A stretch of DNA of 64,000 nucleotides. Source: an uncultured Candidatus Saccharibacteria bacterium (GTDB lineage Bacteria; Patescibacteriota; Minisyncoccia; Phycocordibacterales; Phycocordibacteraceae). The position numbers were made by a program, and so were the translations under genes. The notes under the pieces are model-generated. The model saw nothing but the letters and a program-made list of their open reading frames with translations. It had not been told where the DNA came from and made no database searches. This document shows positions 56,640-64,000 of the stretch, piece by piece (position 1 is the first letter of the stretch; each line of letters begins with the position of its first letter). The stretch covers positions 178,384 to 242,383 of the forward strand of contig CAZQGQ010000001.1 in NCBI GenBank assembly GCA_964593365.1. Reading direction: 5' to 3'.

Positions 56640-58574
56640 TTATACTCCGATCAAGACCGGGATAACCATCGGTGCCTTGTTGGTTCGAGAGAACAGATAG
56701 CCTGCCATGGTGTCGGTAAGCTGGTTCTTCACGAAATCAAGGTCAACCGGGTTCATTCCCTCAGTCGAGTCCTCGACTGTCTTCTTGATGAGAAGGCGGG
56801 CTTGGTTCAGAAGATCCTGAGACTCTCGCAGATAGATGAATCCGCGGGAGATGATATCAGGGGACTTCCGCAGTTTGCCGGTCTTTAGGTGCACGGTCGC
56901 GATGATGACGAACATGCCGTCCTTGGCGAGCATCTGGCGGTCGCGGATCACGACCTCCTGCATGTCGCCGATGGCGAATCCGTCGACAATCAACGGAGCG
57001 TTTGGCACCTTATCCTTGTGGATCATGAGGCGCTCGCCGTCCACGATGTCGATCACCATGCCGTTATCGGCAAGGACGATGTTCTCGCGAGGGAAGCCTG
57101 CCTGCTCGACTGCCTTTGCGTGTGAGCTTGTCATAGAGTAGTAGCCGTACGCTGGCATGAAGAACTTCGCGTTCACCTGCTTGTTGATCCAGACCAACTC
57201 TCCGGTTTGTCCGTGTCCTGTGGAGTGCACGTCAGAGGAGCGGTAATGGATCAGGGTGACCTTGTTGCGGAAGAGGTTATCCTTCAAGCGCTGCACGGCG
57301 ATCTCGTTTCCAGGAATAACCGATGACGAGAGCACGATAGTATCTCGCTCGTTAAGCGTGATGCTCTTGTGCTGCTTGGTTGCGATGCGCATAAGCGCTG
57401 CGAATTCCTCACCCTGCGCGCCTGTTGCCAAGACGACGATCTTGTCTGGCGGATAATCGCCTATCTCGGTCGCGGGGACAACGGTTCCCTTGGCGATCTT
57501 GAGGAGGCCGGTCTTCTCTGCGATCTCAAGGTTCGTCTTGATCGAACGGCCTTCCATAACCACCTTCTTCCCGAGTCGCTCGGCGATCTGGATGATATGG
57601 ATCATGCGCTCGAACTGGGACGCGAAGGTGCCGATAATGAGGCGTCCTTTCACCGTCTTCACGATCTCCTCCAAGGTCTCATGGACCTTTCGTTCGGGGA
57701 TCGAGAAGCCGTCCTTCTCGGCGTTTGTTGAGTCTGCAATAAAGAACAGGTTGTTGTCCTTTCCGATCTCGCCCCACTTCTTGGCTTCTGCTTCAGTGGC
57801 GACGCCATCGACATGGTCGAGCTTCAAGTCTCCTGTCGCAACGACGTTGCCGTAGGGCGTCTCGATCGAGATACCCATCGAGTCAGGGATAGAGTGCGTG
57901 ACTGGGAAGAACTTCACTCGTGTTCCTCCAATGGTGTGCGTTGACCCAGGCTCAACCACCACGAGGTTTGGAGCGGGCATCTCAGGATATTCTTCCTGAC
58001 GCTTCTGGATCATCACGGCAGAAAGGTTCTGCGTGTAGATAGGGGGGTTCCCGAATCGGTTCATGAGGAACGGGATGCCGCCGATGTGGTCGAGGTGGCC
58101 GTGGGTAATGAAGACCGCGCGTACGCGTTCTTGGTTCTTCTCAAGGTAACTGGTGTTAGGGAGCATGTAGTCGACGCCTGGAGCCGTGTCTTCGGAGACG
58201 AACTGGAAGCCCACGTCGCAGACGAAGATATCGTTGCCGCTTTCAACGGCAAACATGTTGCGTCCCACTTCCTCGACGCCGCCAAGAGGCACGATGCGAA
58301 CGACGTTTGGTGCGACTGGGTCAGGGAAGTAATCAGCTACTTTTCGGACTGTTGGGGCCGAGGGGGATCGGCGCATGCCGCCGCGGCGCATGTCGCGCTG
58401 CTTTCCTCCGGATCGTCCGCCTGCTGCGCGAGGTCCTCCGGTTCGAGGTCCGCGAGACGGGCCCTGGGGCCCTGCTCCGCGATTGCCGCGGAAGGGAGGG
58501 CGTCCACCTGCCTGATCGCCGCCTTGGCGGGAATCTGGAGCGGGTGCTGGGGCCGGTGCTGGTGCAAAGTTCAT
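56640..58574 (-). CDS. rnj: Ribonuclease J
   Basis: PLGGVEEVGRNM, THGHLDHIG, HSIPD, HSTGHG, PDIISRGF. Confidence 0.95.
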   Translation of the reverse strand: MNFAPAPAPAPAPDSRQGGDQAGGRPPFRGNRGAGPQGPSRGPRTGGPRAAGGRSGGKQRDMRRGGMRRSPSAPTVRKVADYFPDPVAPNVVRIVPLGGVEEVGRNMFAVESGNDIFVCDVGFQFVSEDTAPGVDYMLPNTSYLEKNQERVRAVFITHGHLDHIGGIPFLMNRFGNPPIYTQNLSAVMIQKRQEEYPEMPAPNLVVVEPGSTHTIGGTRVKFFPVTHSIPDSMGISIETPYGNVVATGDLKLDHVDGVATEAEAKKWGEIGKDNNLFFIADSTNAEKDGFSIPERKVHETLEEIVKTVKGRLIIGTFASQFERMIHIIQIAERLGKKVVMEGRSIKTNLEIAEKTGLLKIAKGTVVPATEIGDYPPDKIVVLATGAQGEEFAALMRIATKQHKSITLNERDTIVLSSSVIPGNEIAVQRLKDNLFRNKVTLIHYRSSDVHSTGHGQTGELVWINKQVNAKFFMPAYGYYSMTSSHAKAVEQAGFPRENIVLADNGMVIDIVDGERLMIHKDKVPNAPLIVDGFAIGDMQEVVIRDRQMLAKDGMFVIIATVHLKTGKLRKSPDIISRGFIYLRESQDLLNQARLLIKKTVEDSTEGMNPVDLDFVKNQLTDTMAGYLFSRTNKAPMVIPVLIGV

Positions 58575-58605
58575 ATAATGAATGCTAAGAAATAAATAAT
58601 TCTCT

Positions 58606-60348
58606 CTACGGTTTCGGCAGTGGCTGCCTTCCGTGTACTAAAAATGGCCAAACGGCTTCCGTGCGGCGATACCACTCGGACACTCCCTGGAAGCGGTCCG
58701 AGGGCGAAGCAACCTGCGCAATCGATACTCCTTTCAAACTCTCGGGAATCGCGTACAGGAAGTCCGGTGCGTGGGTGAAGACCGCCGGGAAGTCTTCCTT
58801 GATAAGCGTGTCTACTTTCTCAAGATCTTCCGTAACGCCTTCAGCATCTGCTTCTTCGCGGATTCCTACCAGAAGATCGTCTACCGCGCTGTTGGTGTAC
58901 ATCGCGATATTCAATCCCGGGTCGTTTCGCTCGGAAGAGTGCCAGAACGCGAAGAGGTCTTGATCGCGTCCTACCACCATGCCAAAGAGAAGTGCCTCGT
59001 AGCGGCGCGGGCGGATCACGCTTACCGCAAGGTCTCCCGGCTCGTAAAACTCGATCGAGACCGGAACCCCGAGCTTCTCCCAGTCAATGCGAAGCCGCTC
59101 GCTGATCGCTTTGAGCTCCGTGACGTTCGAGGTCTTCACGGTAATCGAAAGCTCAAGCTCTTCTTCCTCGTGCTTCCAGATCCGAGACTCCCCGTCATAA
59201 CTCCAGCCGCTCGCCTCGAGGATGCGCGCAGCTTCAGCAATCCGATCCGCTTCAATTTGCGCTGGAGGCGCAGAAGGAATACCGCTTCCGGGAGGGACGG
59301 GTCCCCACACCGGCGTTGCGTATCCTCCAAGCACGCTCTCCGCAATGCTCTCTCGATCGGTTGCGACTGAGAGCGCACGGCGAACTTCAAGGCGGGTAAA
59401 CAAGGGATTCTGGTTCTGGTTGAAGAAGACGCCGAAGATTCTCGAGTAGGGAGCGCGAAGCGCGCCCTCCTGCGGAATCCCGTACGCGCTTTCAACCCGT
59501 CCTCCCTCGAGCGCTCGCGCAAGGTCTTCGTTTTTTGCAAAGAAGACCATGCGGATCTCATCGAGGTAGGCGCGTCCAGTCGCGTAGCCGTCATAGGCTT
59601 CAAGGTCGTAACGCTCAATCACTCCATCCTTATCCCGGTCAACGTTCTCGACTTTATAGGGTCCCGCACCAATAGGGCGAGCCATATAGGGAGAGAACGG
59701 AAACTCTTCGTTGCTTATGTCACGCCATACGTGCGAAGGGAGAATCCCAAGAGTTACATCCTCAAGGAAAAATCCATACGCCCTAGCAAGCGTGAACTCC
59801 ACTGTCCGCGAATCAAGGCTCTCAACCGCAACTCCCGCCCAGTCCGCAAGCCGAGGGCTCTTGAGTCCCGGATCCTGCGCTTTGCGGACCGTGAACACAA
59901 CGTCTTCGGCAGTGATAGGCGAGCCGTCTGAGAACTCGAGATCCTCCCGGAGCGTGAACGTGTAGGTCTTACCGTCTTCAGAAATCTTATAGGACTCGGC
60001 AAGGACGGGAACCAGGGTTCCCTCTGCAGAACGCCCCATAAGGCCTGCATACGTAAGCGCTACCAGGTCACGATCGGTGTCAGACAAGGCAAGCAACGGA
60101 TTCACGAAGCGTGGCGCGCCAAGCGCTCCTTCAGTCAACGTCCCTCCATAGGAAGGAACTTCAACGAGAAACGTTCGCTCGATGGCGTAGAGACCCCAGA
60201 GCGCAAAGAGTGCGACACAAGCGCCTAGTACTCCTGCGATCAGTTTGTCGCCTGGAGACAGCGTTTGCACGTACGCAAAAAGGCGTCCGAAGGAACTTCG
60301 CCACGCGGAAGACCAGGTCTCCCGCAGCTTTGAAAGCCGCTCATTCAT
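58606..60348 (-). CDS. Peptide ABC transporter substrate-binding protein (family 5)
   Basis: LAESY.ISEDGKTYTF.LR...FSDG.PITAEDV.FT, PIGAGPY. Confidence 0.9.
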   Translation of the reverse strand: MNERLSKLRETWSSAWRSSFGRLFAYVQTLSPGDKLIAGVLGACVALFALWGLYAIERTFLVEVPSYGGTLTEGALGAPRFVNPLLALSDTDRDLVALTYAGLMGRSAEGTLVPVLAESYKISEDGKTYTFTLREDLEFSDGSPITAEDVVFTVRKAQDPGLKSPRLADWAGVAVESLDSRTVEFTLARAYGFFLEDVTLGILPSHVWRDISNEEFPFSPYMARPIGAGPYKVENVDRDKDGVIERYDLEAYDGYATGRAYLDEIRMVFFAKNEDLARALEGGRVESAYGIPQEGALRAPYSRIFGVFFNQNQNPLFTRLEVRRALSVATDRESIAESVLGGYATPVWGPVPPGSGIPSAPPAQIEADRIAEAARILEASGWSYDGESRIWKHEEEELELSITVKTSNVTELKAISERLRIDWEKLGVPVSIEFYEPGDLAVSVIRPRRYEALLFGMVVGRDQDLFAFWHSSERNDPGLNIAMYTNSAVDDLLVGIREEADAEGVTEDLEKVDTLIKEDFPAVFTHAPDFLYAIPESLKGVSIAQVASPSDRFQGVSEWYRRTEAVWPFLVHGRQPLPKP

Positions 60349-60360
60349 GAATCAAGGGAT

Positions 60361-60591
60361 TCAGATGAGAAAACCAAGGATCGCGGTAAGGGTGAAGAGA
60401 ACGGCTATAACGATAGTCGCCTGGAACAGGAATTTCTCTGCGCCTCTGCGCTTATAGAATGTCGATGCGAAGTTGTCGCCTCCGAAGGCTCCTCCTAGAG
60501 ATGCACCGCGATTTTGCAGCACGATCCCGGTTATAAGGAGGAGGGAGAGGACTAGTTGCGCATACGGCAGCATTGCCTTGAGAGTCTCCAT
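60361..60591 (-). CDS. secG: Preprotein translocase subunit SecG
   Basis: VLQNRGASLGGAFGG...RRGAEKFL. Confidence 0.92.
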   Translation of the reverse strand: METLKAMLPYAQLVLSLLLITGIVLQNRGASLGGAFGGDNFASTFYKRRGAEKFLFQATIVIAVLFTLTAILGFLI

Positions 60592-60691
60592 CTGTAGGGG
60601 AGAGAATAGCATACGAAAAAGGGCCAAGCAACGGGGTGTGGAAAGCAGAACGGCGCACCCCTAGAGTTACGCCGTTCGCCTCGCCGAGAGC

Positions 60692-61000
60692 CTACCAGGC
60701 CTGGCTGGTCAGGAAGAGCAGAGCCGTCAGCAGTAGCGGACCCGCGAACATGTAGCAGAAGAGCCAGGGAACCTTCGTTTCAAGGACGTGTTGAGGGCCG
60801 AGTTCTGGGATTGACTCGACCCGCACGCCCTCTACATACTGAGGCTTTGGATTCGGCGGTGTCCACGTGTTGTACCAGTGATGTCTTCGCACTCCCACGA
60901 CCAGCCAGTAGAGGCCGGCAGCGAGGCAGATTAGGCCAATCCAGTCGCCAAGGCTTATTCCCCGGGCGGTTTCGATCAGCGAATTCAGAGTCTGTAGCAT
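60692..61000 (-). CDS. Hypothetical two-TM protein
   Basis: Two TMs; AAGGAGG before the ATG and a TTGACA-type promoter upstream. Confidence 0.6.
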   Translation of the reverse strand: MLQTLNSLIETARGISLGDWIGLICLAAGLYWLVVGVRRHHWYNTWTPPNPKPQYVEGVRVESIPELGPQHVLETKVPWLFCYMFAGPLLLTALLFLTSQAW

Positions 61001-61164
61001 TCTCTCGGCCCTCCTTAGGCCTTAATAATATAATGTTACGAAAAAGAGAGAATGTCAATCTTGTAGCGACTCGCTCATTTACCTATACTTCATGCACGCC
61101 ATCCGAGCAGTCTCGGATTCGGGCACAGACTCGAACGCTTTTATAAAGCTAATTTTCTAATCAC

Positions 61165-63112
<1,948 letters not shown>

Positions 63113-63129
63113 TAAAAGAAGAGATGTGA

Positions 63130-63163
63130 GAACGGCGGTCGCACGTATGCGGCCGCCGTTTTC
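63130..63163 (+). terminator. Intrinsic terminator after groEL
   Basis: AACGGCGGTCGCA-CGTA-TGCGGCCGCCGTTTT. Confidence 0.7.
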
Positions 63164-63180
63164 GTTGGAGTGGTTGGGGC

Positions 63181-63573
63181 TTACTTCCTCCCGCCAGATG
63201 CCGCGCCGAAATCCATGCCGCGCAACACGTTGATGCTAAGCGAACAGACTTTCAGTGCAGTCACACACGTAAGGAGTGTGCCGAGGACGATCGTATTCGT
63301 CGCTCTGAAATCAATCATCCACAAATCACGGTTATGCCCGGCGTACCAGACGCCGGCCGCGATCAGGACGAGTGAGATGACTGCGCCAATAGGTGTCTGC
63401 TGCTTATGGCCCTCGATAAAATAGTAGAGGACCTTCACCGACGCGCCGATAACGACGAGGGCTACGACTGCGGCTTCGCTCATGCTGAATCCCAATCCGA
63501 AAATGAGGGACACGATAACGAACCCGACGAGAGCAAGCGCGATGCCTGCCAACCAGTTAATGAACCTGAACAC
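63181..63573 (-). CDS. Hypothetical four-TM membrane protein
   Basis: Four hydrophobic helices; AAGGAG before the GTG start. Confidence 0.6.
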   Translation of the reverse strand: MFRFINWLAGIALALVGFVIVSLIFGLGFSMSEAAVVALVVIGASVKVLYYFIEGHKQQTPIGAVISLVLIAAGVWYAGHNRDLWMIDFRATNTIVLGTLLTCVTALKVCSLSINVLRGMDFGAASGGRK

Positions 63574-63677
63574 TTGCGTGCTCCTTCTCTACGACCAGCT
63601 CCAACAACCGGTCCATAACGGCAACTTCACCATAGATAGCGATATGTGTCAAAAGGGCAACGAAAACGGGACACTCC

Positions 63678-63818
63678 CTAAGAAGTGTCCCGTTTTTGGT
63701 CAGCTGACTGCCATACCCATACCGTGAAAGCGGCACAGAATACGGCGAGCAAGATGGCCGGCGTGTTGTCGCAAGCATACCCCGCAAGGAGCGCCGCGAC
63801 GCCAAGGAGTGTGCGCAT
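63678..63818 (-). CDS. Small hydrophobic peptide (46 aa), not in the ORF track
   Basis: MRTLLGVAALLAGYACDNTPAILLAVFCAAFTVWVW...; GGAGG upstream. Confidence 0.4.
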   Translation of the reverse strand: MRTLLGVAALLAGYACDNTPAILLAVFCAAFTVWVWQSADQKRDTS

Positions 63819-63906
63819 GAATTTAACCCTCCGCGGTCACCTTACTGCCACCGTTCCTTTTTGCAACTACAGGATTTGCTATACTAAGGAGATAACCCCT
63901 ACACCA

Positions 63907-64000
63907 ATGACTATCTTCTACATCGTACTCGGCATTGCAGTCCTCATCGTGCTCTGGCTCGTGTTCGCCTATAACGGTTTCGTCGCGCTTGTTAACCGCG
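63907..64000 (+). CDS. lemA: LemA family protein, 3'-truncated
   Basis: TM followed by AYNGFVALVNR. Confidence 0.65.
   Translation, partial: MTIFYIVLGIAVLIVLWLVFAYNGFVALVNR

Noticed and set aside
61064-61092. CIRCE element upstream of groES
   Set aside because: Only a weak left-arm resemblance (TAGCGACTC); no GAGTGCTAA right arm.

Overview
64 kb of a small-genome bacterial chromosome, most likely Patescibacteria/CPR (Parcubacteria-like). This is an inference from the compact prfB, FeS-less Nth and MutY, CPR-type peptidoglycan-binding proteins and the many short N-terminally anchored hypothetical proteins. Translation table 11 fits (RF2 is present). Core genes are prfB, ftsEX, pyrG, an OmpR-type two-component pair, an RND pump, mltG, typA, a DEAD-box helicase, msrAB, nth, mutY, rnj, secG, groES/groEL and a partial lemA, plus six tRNAs. 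Three tRNAs are followed by AT-richer accessory DNA and no integrase is visible in the window. (1) tRNA-Gln is followed by a 5-kb coupled operon: DGQHR/DndB-like protein, HEPN-like protein, m6A methyltransferase and GIY-YIG-DUF4357. This is the best candidate for an undescribed defence system. (2) tRNA-Thr(CGT) is followed by a 2.1-kb islet bounded by a duplicated tRNA 3' end, carrying a TrmB regulator, an AdoMetDC-like decarboxylase and a methyltransferase. (3) tRNA-Asp is followed by a one-gene insert bounded by a 42-bp repeat. A non-palindromic ~25-bp motif recurs at the boundaries of unrelated single accessory genes, suggesting a cassette-like gene-capture system. Also seen: pervasive leaderless-type promoters, a candidate OmpR-type regulon box, and several O2- or quinone-dependent enzymes (AOX-like, lysyl oxidase, VKOR). 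All family calls come from motif recognition by eye; no database search was run and GC statements are visual estimates.
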